A stretch of DNA of 58,848 nt, the filler included, from Platydemus manokwari (lineage: Eukaryota): the NCBI GenBank assembly GCA_037951405.1. It is 5 parts of 5 records of this genome, joined end to end, with 100 filler letters (N's around TTAATTAATTAA, not from the genome) between each part and the next. Parts side by side here need not be neighbours in the genome. Positions count along the whole stretch, not along the records: positions 21,401 to 37,709 come from JBBMOY011174766.1; 4 more parts are not named here. One strand, given 5' to 3'. A program made the position numbers and the translations under genes. The number at the start of each line of letters is the position of its first letter. Position 1 is the first letter of the stretch. The notes beneath the pieces are model-generated. The model did no database searches, was not told the origin of the DNA, and saw only the letters and a list, made by a program, of their open reading frames with translations. Shown piece after piece: positions 24,266 through 37,809 of this stretch.

Positions 24266-27139
24266 AAAAATTGAATAGTGTTTTACAAAAATATATCGGG
24301 AAATTATATTGTCAACAGCTAGATAGTAAGTGTAGAATGCATAAGCTAAAGCAACACAGTGAATGTTGTCATTTCTAGAAACTGTCATGAAAGTAAACAT
24401 TATGATTTATATAGATTGTGTAATTTTGTGTACTCAGTCGAAGTATTTGTGTAATATTTATAGCAAAATATTATCTTAACATTGTCAAAATGTTTGATAG
24501 AGGCAGTTACTGCACAGACTACGTCTTATCGTAATACAGTCAGAAAAAGTTTCTGTGTCGGTAAATCAAAATTGTTTTGGACTTAATATGACTTTGCTCA
24601 TTGATTTATTGAAGGCACATTTATACTTCAATGATAACCCGTGTTGAAAGGAATCACTTAATCCAAACCCAACAACAGTGATAGTAATAGATTCTATTTA
24701 GCAAAACTTGAAAAAAATCTCTCGCTTAAAAAAAATAACTCCAGTGTTTTAATTTAAATTTCATTTTGAGATGATATTGTTTTTGTTAAAAATAATCGTT
24801 ATCAATGTTTCATTATCCCGTGTTTTTTTATTCTGGAAGATTTATGATCGAAATTAATCATTCTACTTATGATGAGTTATCGATTGAATTAACGTGATTG
24901 CTCCTTCTCCGTACGTAGCGATTAATTTTTTATTAACAATTATGAACAAATTCTATCAGAATTTTCGCTATGGATATATATTTAGAAAAAATGTTCAATT
25001 TGTCACAAAAGATTTCATTTTTGTTTTTCAACCGCTTCAATCCCAATATCCTTGTGGGAATTTTATTGTTTATATACGAAAATTTATTCTTTGGATAATA
25101 TTTTATCATTCTGTTGTTTTTCACTCAACATGATCGAAGTGATTCACGTAATCAACTATAGAATGCATCAGGAAATTAAATTCATATCTTGGTAAATCAA
25201 TAATTTTCATAATATTTACGAATTTATTGACTTTTTTCATCAACAAATCAATCAATACTACAAATAAGATTGGATGTCATAGTTGTGAGCTCTTGAATAT
25301 AATAATATCAGTGTTATATATTTAGTGGTTTGGTTTAGTGTGACATGTTTTAATGTGATACATCAGTGTAGAATATATTCGGTTACGAGAATAAACTTAG
25401 AATAAATAATAAAAGTGAATAAAATAGCATAAAGTAAAACATGTAAAGTTTTTATAAATGGAATGTGTTTTTATCGTATAAGAAATAGGAATACATGCTT
25501 TATAAAATTGATTAATGGTCCTTATGTTGAAAAAGATTAAAACAAAAAAATGAAGAAAAAGATTTTTTTCAAAAAACCCAGCAGTTGATAAGTATCAACG
25601 TTATTTAAAGAAGTCAATAGAAATAAGAATAAATTAAAAAAAACAATTATTAGCACTGATGATTGCTCAAAAATCCATTATATAAACAGAGCGGTCAGTG
25701 AGACTAAAAAACTAAAACTAAAATCCAATTACTGAACTGCTAATTGAAGAAAACTAAAAGTGAAACTGATGAAGAATAAAATTATAAACGAATAAGTATT
25801 TGATAAAAATTTAAATTAATGAGTATATTAATCGAAAGCATAAAGTAACCGTAATCACATACCAGTATTTCTAGCAGTATTTCTTATATTGTCAATCCTT
25901 TCCTATAATAGTCAGCGTTGTGAGGTTTATAATTGAAATAATATTAAGATTAATAATTAAACAATATTTTTAAATGATTATATTAAACATATCTAATATT
26001 TGTATTTATAAAATGGTCTTGCTTAAAACATTACTGTTAATCTCTCAATTTGTTAAAAAAAATATGATAACAAAATTTATAAAAAATATTTTTAAGGTAA
26101 TTTTTTATAAAAATTTAAAAATTAAAATGTGTGTACATTTTGATTTTAAAAGAATGTTGGAAATAATCGAATATTTGTTTAAGTGGATGGATTATAAAAA
26201 TATATTATTTGTATTTTGAATTAAACATGAAAAATGAAGACTTTTAGCAACTAACAAGCATAATATTAAATAAGTGCCCGCCCACGGGAGTATGCAGAAC
26301 CTGGACAAATTGAAATAAATTTAAACAATAAAGGAATACTATTGTTAGAGAAAAGTTTTAAAAATCTTGAAATTTGTGTTGATATCTAATGAATTGATAT
26401 CAACTGAATGTGGTGTAATCCTCCAACCTATGTTTACATTTACCGGAAAACTACTACTGATAAATTATCAATTCTGGCTTGATTAAAACCGTCTCTATTG
26501 TCCTTTCATCATTGATTGTATTTTTCTCGGAACGTTTGTCAATATTATTTCATTCCTGTTAATAAAATCCTGTTATATTTATCAAAAATATCAATTGTAA
26601 TTTCGAAAATAAAAATCCATAACATTAAACCATTTGGTATTTTTTTTTTATTTTCACCACTAGTTTTCTAATAGATTTTTTAATTAACATTTCTCGTCTG
26701 GATTTCAACGGATCGAATTTCATTTCATTTCATTACGTAATTGATTTATTCAAACACACACATAATCAGCAATTCCAAGAAAATAATGAATCGTAAATTT
26801 CAAATTATTCCTTGAACTACAGATGCTCGATTTATTGAAAACTACTGAAATGGTTTTCCTTTGTAGCAATATTAAATTACTTATTCAGGTTTGTTTTATA
26901 ATGGACGTATATTTGTGGTAAATGATGATAATGAGACCATGTACAGTTTTCTGTGCGAGAAGAATAGATAACCACCTGTTATTACTGACTACAGATTTGT
27001 CAATGTGGTTTTGGGGGATAAAAACGGTGATCGATTTATGGACATATATTGTCGATTTCCTCTAATATTTCCCTTGCTCTCTCTGTTACTCTCTGTGAGT
27101 ATATTTGAAGCATCCATAAAGAATTTCATAATAATAAAA

Positions 27140-27635
27140 TGAAATATAAATATATTAAAACACGATTATTTGTTTGAATGCCGTCGTTAAAGATATATTT
27201 CTTTTGATTTCTAAAAATCGATTCTCAATGCTCATTTAATGAAAAAGCGTCAGTTACCATAGTGACTACAAATTTCGAAAAGATCGATGAGAAAAAGTAT
27301 AGAAGATAGTGAACATAAAGAAGATAACGAAAACAAAAAAATATGGAGAATATGGACGATATAAAAAAGATAGAAGTCATAGAGAATTTGTTATAAAACA
27401 AAGAGTGAAAAGACTAAAAGAATTCAATAACGAGGAGTCTGAAGGAACGGCAATTAATGTGACGATTTTAATATTTTTCATGAATAATAAATAAATAAAT
27501 ATTCAGTCAAATATAAAAATATTTATTAAAATTGATTGTTTATTTAGATGTTTTCGATAAAGATATTTTTTGTGTTGACTTTCTAAAGATCGTTTTAAAT
27601 GCGCTTTTAATAAATAAATATCAGCGAACATATTC
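27140..27635 (+). repeat. Degenerate ~120-bp direct repeat pair (~27140-27260 and ~27510-27635)
   Basis: TAAAGATATATTTCTTTTGATTTCTAAAAATCGATTCTCAATGCTCATTTAAT aligns with TAAAGATATTTTTTGTGTTGACTTTCTAAAGATCGTTTTAAATGCGCTTTTAAT. Confidence 0.55.
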
Positions 27636-28601
27636 AAAAGTTTAATAATAATTTATATTACGTACGGTTTTGTTTAAATATAACGAAAGAGATAAATTTA
27701 TGGCCTGGATTGCCCTGGTGAAAGATATAAACATTGTAAACTCGAACTATTCTGTTTCGTTTGATTGTTTGTTCTCTGATTATAATTTCCAATCCTGATT
27801 TAAGATTTATTTCGAAATTCATTGGTTAATGAATGCCAGAAACTCTTCAAACCATTACGATCTGTAAATTAATTTAGTTGAATGAAAACAGATATCGACA
27901 ACTGAGTCCATTAAACGTAATCACTATGTTAAGTGAATGATACTGCAAGAGGCAGTAAGTAGTATTATATCAATCTCTACAATATAATTACAATAAAACA
28001 TTTTCAAGTACAAATAATTGCTTCACCAAATGATTCTACTTATTTTCATCGTTATATATGTTTATGTATAAAGGTCTCAATGGAAAAATTAAAACTTGCG
28101 ACTTTAATTTATTATTTAATTAACTAATATAACAAATAAATGATAAAGGTATTAGGCTCACATAAGGGTAAGATTTCCATAGCCAGGATAGACTTCAAAA
28201 TGAATTCAACTGATTCAGTGAGAATTCAGTCACTGTGTTTTTCCGAAATACCCAAACCAAAATCACAGATTTTCAAGTTCCAATAAAGTGACAACATTAA
28301 AAATCTGATACAGGCGATGTTGATTTATTCTTCATAATTTTTTTTCCATCAATTAGATCTTATTTTTGTGGTCAGATAAATTTTTTTGAAATTTTGATGT
28401 TAAATAATATCATAATTATGGATTAATTTTGATACAATTTTTATTGGAGAAATAATTTGATACAAATATCTTTGAACAATGAAAATATATCTTCATAGAA
28501 ATCATCAATAATTCAAATGAATATTTCCGCGATAAATAGATTATATTCATACCAACTTTTAAAAGATTTGTTTCAATAATATTTTCGTTTATTCAATATT
28601 T

Positions 28602-29055
28602 GGCTTAAATTAAGAATGGGGGTCCTTTGACCTACTTTCGTAATAATGAATTTTCGCGCATTTTATAAATTAATTTTTGTATATAACTGCGATCTCACTT
28701 TTTGAGTGTCAAATAGGGAGGAAAAATGGTTTTGAAATCAAGTTCATATTCTAATCATCACATTTCTATATGATTATTTGGGTTTTTTAATTTAAATTTT
28801 TTAATTATAAATCGAGTTAGTTAACTTCAGATATATTTGACCTACTTTGATCCATTTTCAAGATAATCAAATCTTACGAGATTTTGTAGCGTTAGTTTAT
28901 TAATTATTTGATTTCAAACAATTAAAACTCTTTTTAAATACTTAAATTCAAAATTCAAAATGTTTTTAAAGTATATAATTAAATAAACTATATAGATTTT
29001 TGCATCCACTCAACAAATTTAAAATTTCAATCAGGACCCTTTTTTAACTTTAGCC
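28602..29055 (-). mobile_element. MITE copy B, inverted relative to copy A
   Basis: Ends are GGCTTAAATTAAGAATGGGGGTCCT and AGGACCCTTTTTTTAACTTTAGCC. It shares interior blocks with copy A, e.g. CTATATAGTTTATTTAATTATA and ACTCGATTTATAATTA. Confidence 0.8.
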
Positions 29056-29209
29056 AAAAACTTTAATTAATTGAAGTTAAATATCATAAAATGTACTGTA
29101 AAAGATATGTTGGCAGCTTAAATAAATTTGAGTAGAATAACCAATACGTCATTAATAAAATACTACACTACTTTCGTGATATGTAAACATTTATGAATAT
29201 TTTGATTAC

Positions 29210-31185
29210 CGTTGCTTTGATCAAATTAAGAATATCTAATATATCCTCATTTTTCACGGCTCCGTAATATTTATATATAGGTGGATTGACGTTTAATAAT
29301 TCAATCTTTGTTCTATCCCATCCTTTTTGGTTTCGTCGATAGAAACATCGGAGAATATTCTATATATAATTGATATACAATGGATTTGATTACAAAATTA
29401 ATTACATTTGCCGATACATTATGATCGTTTCTACATAATGAATCTAAATGGGCAGCCTTCTTGCATTTGAGGTTCACAACATCAGAATTATTTCCTTCCA
29501 AATGTGTTTTGTAGTATTGTAAATCCCGTTTGAGAAACTTGGTATCAAATTTATTCTCTGATTATTTTTAGAAATTATTATTTAAATATAAATCATGATG
29601 ATGAATAAAGTTTTAGACGATATTTATCAATGATTTAAAACTTATAAACGACTGTCAACATTATTTATCCCAATCAATTGTAGGATTAATCCAACAAGAA
29701 AAATATGTAATTCTATATACAATTCCATTATTCATTATTTTTAAAGTCAGCCATTATCAAAATAACTGCTCAACTTGGTTCTTACAGTGAAAAGTGTGAT
29801 CACATTTTCACCAAACCTTTTATGATTAATTCATGCGATTTACTCTTTTTATTAAAATAAAAAGTATCATTAAATTTTAAAGAAATAAATAATCCAAAAA
29901 GAACTTTACCTTTGATAATTTTTTCTAAGTAATTTACTGCATCACCTTTAAGCCCTTTCTTCAGGTAAATCATAAATATAAAATCACAATAATAAATATC
30001 CTAAAGTACCTGGAACATTGCAGAAGCTCTCATGCGAGCTAAATTTTTCATTTGATCATTGTTTAATGAAAATTCCGCATTTCCCAGAAGAAGATCTGTC
30101 CATTCCATTACGTTTGTGTAGTAATTTTTTCTATTGGCTTCTTGTACAAGAATTATTATTTCATCCAATTTCAATGGTTCTATAGACTTGTGTCCCATTA
30201 TATTTCCTTTGACCACTTCAGCTTTGGATAATTTGTAAGTTTTAATTATTCTAGTAAGACCACTTATTGCCGATTGAAGATCTAGAGATGTTGGCCAACA
30301 GGAACACCCTTCTCTTATGGAACGGTCGATTAAAGTGCTAAGATCTGTCAATAATGAATGTTGATAATTTTTCCCAGTTGAAAATCCAAACCTTTATAAA
30401 AATCTCGTCTATTCAGAGTTTTTGAAGTGAAAATCTTATCAAAAATGGGGTTAAAGTCGAAGACAATTCTTCTGAGAAAATGAACAGCATTCACTGGGTG
30501 ATTTGTTGGTGTATCTGTGCCATTTTCCTTTTCTCGAGCAGCGACTAATAAAGACATTTTCCTTAAAACAAAACATGTTATTTTAGTTTGTATTTTGGAA
30601 ATTTAATCACTAATGTTTCAATTGAAAATTATTATGTTTTTACTAAAAGAGTGTTTAATATAAATTTCAAATATATATAAATAACACTAGAAGAATTGTA
30701 ATATAATCAAACAGTTAATGCATTTCGATCCATGATACATGATCAAAGTTGAAAATTTTGCATTAATAATTATGGTGATGCATTATTAATAAATAATTAT
30801 AGCATAAAATATGAGAAAATAAGAGTGATTTAGTGTCGTTGAAATATCACAATCATCTTTTTGTATTTTTACATGAAACAATATTAATAAAACTAAACTT
30901 CTTGACATCCTGATCGAGTTCTTTGTAATCTCTAGCAGAATGTTTATCTTTTTTGTTATACGGTAGAAATTCATACGCTTGGTTGATTGCAGCTATTATA
31001 TCTCCTTCAACAGAATATACATCTTGTAACCGGCTCATTGAAACCGAGCAAGCTCCATATTTGTTGAAATAAGCTTGATTCGATGGGTTATTCATAATTT
31101 CTGGAAACGAATCATCTTGACCATTGGTTGAACGATATATCCAAACAATCATCAAAAATAAAACAGCTTCAAAATATCGCAGCAT
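29210..31185 (-). CDS. Prolyl 4-hydroxylase alpha-subunit-like protein; exons 31185-30899, 30561-30392, 30344-30010, 29958-29910, 29557-29406, 29359-29210; catalytic core exons not found
   Basis: Signal peptide; HPVNAVHFLRR (P4HA HPVNAxxLxKR); WPTSLDLQSAISGLTRIIKTYKL (FPxxEDxxGAAxALxRLQDTY); LDSLCR...LRCFY...KIELLNVNPPIYKYY (start of the catalytic domain). All listed junctions are GT..AG and in phase. Confidence 0.8.
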
Positions 31186-31774
31186 TGTTCAAATAATATT
31201 TTTGCCAACGGGATTTAGTTTACGTGTGGAAAAATGTGATTTTTAAAAATGAATAAATCTATTAAATTTAATCCGCAAAATCTGGTAAAGCAACATCTGG
31301 TGGTTGGTAATGAGAAATGATTTGTAAATAATAATGAGCTATATATTACTCATTATGCCACATATTTCATTTTGTGAAATACTAAATGATTATGTATGAA
31401 AGACCAGTTTTAATAACAAACAAGTAGACTTTTCCACGTACGAAATAAAATTCTAATCCCATTTAGATATATTCATATCATTTATTTTGTAATCCTGATT
31501 ACATACGATATTGAAAATAAGTTAGTAATTTTATATTATTATATTGATACGTTATAACGAAACTTTATTCCAATGAAAGTATGAAAAATTTTCTCTTAAC
31601 AAAATAAAATTCGATTTTAATATTTTATTAGTGTAATTTAATTTTTATGGCTACTGGTTATTGTTTCATTGTTGATTTATAAAGCTGAACTCATTTAAAA
31701 ATTTTTTGCAGTATCAATTAACTGATTTGAGTTATCAATCTATCAAAACAACATTAATACGTGATAGTATAATG

Positions 31775-31879
31775 CAGGGGCGGCCCACCGGTCGATCTTG
31801 AAACCAATTTTAGTCTATCGCGTGAGATGTTATTCAAATGAAAAGTCGATCTTACGTACACAAAAGTTGGCCACCTGTG
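31775..31879. mobile_element. 105-bp hAT (Buster-type) MITE with an intact 8-bp target-site duplication
   Basis: Ends are CAGGGGCGGCCCACC and AGTTGGCCACCTGTG. A perfect GTATAATG repeat lies at 31767-31774 and 31880-31887, with a central TA. Confidence 0.85.
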
Positions 31880-32571
31880 GTATAATGTATGTTTTCAGTG
31901 TCAATGTTTATAGCATCAATATTAGAGATTCTTTTGTATTTTAAACAACTATGAAATTTTGTACAAATTCTAAAAATAAATGCTTAATCATTTTAATTTC
32001 GTTTGCATTGAAAACTTGAATTTTATATTTTTCTAAAATGAAGAAATCATTTAAGAAAATAGATAGACTCACCTTTCAATTTTAAGAATAAATTTTGAAA
32101 CAAAATATTTAAAGTTAAAAATGTTGTATATGTTGTGTAATATTGATTTACTTTTCTTAACGCTTATTTCGCTCTAATAATAATTTATTTCAGTAAAGTT
32201 TGTCTAATTTATGGTGAGAGAAACCGTTGCATATTCTATTTATTTATACCAAGCTGACAAGAACCAACGACAGAAACCACATTTAATTATGTATAAGCAA
32301 TATTATCTTCAATATTGACAATTTCGTAGTTCAAGCACATTACCAATATTCACATTTAATAGCTGTTTGTTAACAATTGAAAATTAGTTCCTTCATTTCA
32401 TTTTCAATCGACACCAAACATCTTGATGATGAATGTTCAAATGAATAAGATTACAATTAACAAAATAGGTTAACAATATTGACAAACGGCAGTTTCAAAC
32501 AATTTAAACAAATAAAGAAAATCTAATCGAATAAAACAGTTGCACAATATTTATTCAATACAATCGCTTAT

Positions 32572-33285
32572 TTATCTTCCCATCAAGTTTCGAATATCCA
32601 CAATCAATCCTTTAATATCGCAATCCGCCTGGCTGAGGACATCCTGATACTTATCCATCATCAAGCTCGATGGTGTCACTAGAGAATCTTTTTCTTCCTT
32701 ATTGAATTCGTCGATAAAATCCTCCATCTCTGAAAATCGTAACTCACAGCTTCTCCATAACGCTTTCATTGAATCCAATTTCTTGTAAACATTGATGATC
32801 GTATTGATGGCTTCTTTATCTGCTTTGGGGTTAACGCCATTGATTTCTGAAATTACAAACCAAAACATTAAACTCCTCCATTCATCATGAACCAATGTTA
32901 ACAGATACCCGCTATCCGTTGCGAACATTTACTGAGTCTGTCGAGCAAAGTTTTCTGTCTCGATGTTGCCCTTTCATAACGGCCCAATATCTGACCGCCT
33001 CTCTCTTTTAAATCATCAACAGTTGTTCTTATCGTTAGCAATTGCTCTTTCTGTAATCTGACAATTGATGTTATTTGACTCAATCTTTGCTCAAATAATT
33101 TTCCAGCCATTGATAAGCTATTACCATATTCACCAACGATTTCGTTCATCTATTATTATTAAATATACCAGCCAATCAAAATAGGTTATTAAAAATTTAA
33201 TTTTCATAATTACTAATAATTTTAATTAAAATATTATTCACTGATTCATTATTAATAACTTCAAACCTTTCAAAATGAAAGAAAA

Positions 33286-33348
<63 letters not shown>

Positions 33349-35625
33349 CGATATCCTTGAAATTATATTTCAATTTTCGATCGAGGAATTGATGGGGCTG
33401 AGAATGAATGAGCATTTATAAATGATAGAATCAAACAACAACAATTAAATATATTATTTGTCACAGAATCTCTCAAATTATTATCATCCTATATCAAACC
33501 ATTTATATATTCAATCTTGGTGACATTATTAATAATATTTGTTTCAATAACCTGTCAACTATTCCCTATCGAGATCATAATCAATCCCTTATCACAATCA
33601 AATATAATCCTGATGCTGTCATTCCTCGCCATATCACAAAATATCGGATTATATTTACAAAACTTTATTTATTTATTAATTTGTATTATTTGTTTATCCA
33701 AAAACCCGTTATATTTATAATACAGTCGTAAACAGTTCATGTTATTATTGAACTATCTTTTCGTTTCATTATAAAACTCGTTTATTCAAACCATTGTATT
33801 TGATTAACCAGTTCTGAGATATAAAATGGAAATATATTTCATTAAAATTTCTAATCAGATATAAAGTATTTATTAAATTACTAAACATATCGTAATCGAT
33901 GAAGGTTAATCATTTTAAATGATATTCACCATCTTATCACGCTATTCACTATTTAAACAGCCAATTGTAATCGCAACGGAAAATAAATTTAAATAAAATA
34001 CACACGTCATAAATATTTGATTTTTATTGGCTAATTAATAGACCAATGAAATCATAGGAAAAATTAATTATTACCTGAAGCACAAGTGCTAATTTATCCT
34101 TTTCCATCGTATCTTTGCCATCTATACCACTAGCCAAAATTGGCAATTTTCTCGTATTCCCCAATGCACCTTTGAATGCTTCAAAAAATTTCCATTCAGA
34201 ACTCCGGCGATTTGAGTAGTCACGATTTGCAGAAATGACATCATTACTGAAATTTTTAAACTTTTCACTCAGCATCAATGATGATTCCTGGCGTAAGTTA
34301 AGCGTCACTAACATTCTCTTTTCTCGATATTGGAAAGCGTATAAAATCGGAGCTGCCGACGGTTTCCTGACAACAGTTATTCCACCAAACTTAACATAAG
34401 ATTGATTTGTGGTATCAGTTGAATTGGTTTTGAGAATGTGATCAAATATAGTATTTTCTGCATTGTTTAAACATTCTTCCAGATCAGTTTCTGAACTCAT
34501 TTTCAAAGTATACCGTATCCGAATAGCCCATGGTATAATGCAAGATTGTATTCCAGTGGAATGTATGAGAAAATATCTTGGTGGATAAGCTGTTTCATCT
34601 GGCAAAAGATGCATTGATGAAGTATTTACTATTTGCATAGCGATCGTTTCATAAACACAAATTTTATTATTAATAAACAATGCGTGCTGCACTGTTCCGC
34701 GACTATTGGCCAAAACCAGAATATCAATTGCGCCTCTCAGCACAATCAATGAAGTGAAATCGTCTTGATAATTATCCAAAGCTACCGGATCAAATAGAAT
34801 CTTGACCGGTTTCACTTTTTTGGTTTTGATAATGCTTAATTCAGGTAATAAGAAAACTTCACCTGGAAAACAGATAGTTAAATCATTTGAACCCATCAAT
34901 TTTACCCGTATCTTTTAAAATGAAAATTATACTATCTTCAATGTCAGATTTAACACTTCCAAAATCACAGGCAATATATTCTTCTTTAATACCAAAAGAA
35001 TTACAATGAAAATCCATTTCTTCATGAAGATTAAATTGATAAATGCATGAACATTTTAAGTCGGAAGAGACATAATATATATTTATAGATTGTTCAGTTA
35101 AAATAACTAAATAATTATGCATTTTTGGATACCATTTTACGTCAATAATTCTGAATTTAGTGTTAAAAATTTCCTTGACTTTTTTACATGTCTATATATT
35201 AATCATAACTAAATACAATCTTAAAAAAATCTAACTTGTGGTGAAGAACCAAGGCTACATACACTTAATAGGCTAACTGAATTCTCTCCAATAAGAGAGA
35301 TAAAAACACGATCAGGAGATAATTCCATTTTCGTGAATTTCTGTAAAGGCTGAGGCGTCATTAGAACTACTTGATGAAAAATCACATCATTTTTAGGCTT
35401 TAAAACATGAAGTTGATTTAATTCGCCATCGAGGAGCATAACCGATTTAGGCACAGCTGAAAACACTTATTATGAGTTTCATTGAAAAATTAAAATAGCA
35501 CATGATAAACAGTTATTTTCATGACCAATATATTCATTATCAAAGACGATTCTTTTTTCATATGATGTTGAAATAGAGTCTCTAATATTATTCCAAATTT
35601 CTAATGATTTTTCAAAAATTTCCAT
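32572..35625 (-). CDS. NUP88: Nucleoporin Nup88; exons 35625-35502, 35456-35236, 35191-34906, 34862-34075, 33149-32909, 32846-32572
   Basis: Beta-propeller motifs VKWYPKMHNYLVILTE, ACDFG, FILKDTGEVF and PPRYFLIHSTGI, plus a C-terminal coiled coil (RYERATSRQKTLLDR). Introns of 45, 44, 43, 925 and 62 nt resolve all apparent frameshifts. Confidence 0.8.
33286..33348. repeat. (TAT)n microsatellite, ~21 units, intronic in Nup88
   Basis: Directly visible. It explains the spurious poly-Asn ORF 33197-33415. Confidence 0.95.
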
Positions 35626-37164
35626 TTTAAAATAATCGCAATTTAGAAACTGACTATTTAAACAAAACTTACTAATACATTAAAAATATTTAAATTTCTT
35701 CTTAATAAGTACACCATTATTGAAAAATTATGTTAATAAAAATAATTTTTTAATTTAAAATACTATAGTTTGAAAATTTTAAGTTTAATTTAATTATATA
35801 ATGCAAAGACTACACAAAATTACTTCCAATGAAAGTTATCATTTTCCAACTGAGATAAATGATATATCAATCCTAAATTTCAACGGATTTTGTATAAATT
35901 CAAGAATAAATTAAAAGATTTCATTTGAAATTATAAATAGTTAGTATTTTTACTGTTCTGCCAGTAATCTGACGTGATTTGATATAATTAATATTATTAA
36001 ATTAATATTCTGAAATAAATCAGAAAATTTAACATCAATGTTATTTTTTATCTGCATAAATTTACCAATCTCTACACTGATAACTGCAAATGAAATTATT
36101 GTAATATTAAATAATAATTTAGAGGTTTTACATGGGTCTCGTTAATTTGTAATTATTCTCTATTGTCACAAGTTTTCTGCACTCATTAAAATTAACAACA
36201 ACAATTGGAGATAAATTATCGAAACAAATCTATTGATAAACTGAAACACATAAAGGTGTGCTTTGGAAATCTGACTTACTTTTCATAAGCAAGTTTAATT
36301 AAAAAATTCATTGAGTATGTAGGAATTGGATGCGATTGTGAAATTAAAATCAAATTTTTGGTGGAAAATGCAATTTTTTCAAGTAATATTGAATATAGAA
36401 AAGAATACCCGATAATTTAAAACTGAAAAATTGACAATAAAGTAGTAATACGACTGCATGGCAAGATAAATGAAAAATTCTGGAAAGGTTAAGGAGGAAA
36501 GAAAATAAGATAAACAAGTCAAAATACAAAATTAGATAATAATTCTGACAAATTTTGAATTGAATTGAAATATGCATTTTGTGTCTCTGAAAGCTCTAAC
36601 TCTCTGAATCTCTTGATGTTTTACTTGATTTTTTTCAGTTTTCTTTCTGTACTAAAAGATGTTTGAACACCATTAAATCTCAATTTCAATTAATTTCAGG
36701 AATTTTATTTTTTTGAGTTTTTTTATTGAAAGTTTTCTATCTGAAATATTTAGATCTTGATAACTGCTTTCTGTGGAACTCGAACATATATACTACCTTC
36801 AGTATGTAAAAGTAAAACATATGAAATACTACACTAGTTTGATTGTGGTATGAAACATTGATTGAATGAAACATTGATGCTTGATATCTTGATCCAGGTT
36901 TTAATTTTTTATTTAGTTATAATTTTGAATATCGTCATAGTTTTCTAATACGAGTGATAATTAAGTATGTAATTTAATATAACAAAGGTATTAAATTGTA
37001 CTTCTATAACTTTCAAAACAATCGATGAAATTTCAAAGTTAAAGGCTGATAAATTTAATATAAAACATATCTGTTGGGTAGGTGAAAAAAACAGTCAAAA
37101 TGTTTACAAGAACCAAAGAAATAATTCTCAAAAGGTTGACACAATGATCTCATAAACGCCCTTA

Positions 37165-37405
37165 CCATCAGCCAATCAGATTCCTTTTAGTATTAATCCG
37201 TATTTACAAGTTAATAATAGATTGACGCACATCAACAAATGGCAGCAAACTCAGATATCCGTCAATGGCGCAAGTGTTCCAAGGAAAAATACTAGCATAT
37301 CCATGTTTGAACGAATTCTGCAAATGAAAAACGAAGATCCGTGATATCAAGCAGACATAGTCTATAAAAGAGGTTCGATTCAAGTCTTTATTTGGTCGGT
37401 AATTT
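37165..37405 (+). promoter_or_regulatory. Possible Pol II promoter or LTR U3-like segment
   Basis: AGCCAATCAG (CCAAT box, 37172), TGACGCA and TATAAAAG (37363-37370) sit in a locally less AT-rich island. No transcript evidence. Confidence 0.3.
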
Positions 37406-37709
37406 GTGTTCTATTCTTGACTTTTACGTGATTTTCAGCAGCCAAATTTTTGGTTATTTTCTATTCTCTGTTTGATATTCGGATGTTGATCCCGTCTTGT
37501 ATGATAATTTGCTATTGGCTTATGACAAGATTTTAACTGCATTTGTTTATAAATCGAGCTTGTCTATTTTATAATTTTCAAGTTTCATTGCTAGTTTCTG
37601 GAAAGTTATAATAGTTACATAATTGAACAAATGTTAGTGTATTCAAGATCAACATCTAAAATCAATCCTATTGGAGAATCTTTTCTAAATGAAATAATAT
37701 AATTTTCAA

Positions 37710-37809
37710 NNNNNNNNNNNNNNNNNNNNNNNNNNNNNNNNNNNNNNNNNNNNTTAATTAATTAANNNNNNNNNNNNNNNNNNNNNNNNNNNNNNNNNNN
37801 NNNNNNNNN
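37710..37809. other. Artificial contig linker
   Basis: N44-TTAATTAATTAA-N44. Confidence 0.97.

Noticed and set aside
25974-26219. Short Ile/Lys/Phe/Asn-rich ORFs (also 33517-33720, 36350-36577, 47823-48044, 58432-58617)
   Set aside because: Their composition is what random AT-rich DNA gives, with no splice or domain support.
33197-33415. Poly-Asn ORF
   Set aside because: It is the translation of an intronic (AAT)n microsatellite.
34860-34910. Apparent programmed frameshifts in Nup88 (here and near 32900)
   Set aside because: Both are explained by 43-nt and 62-nt GT-AG introns.
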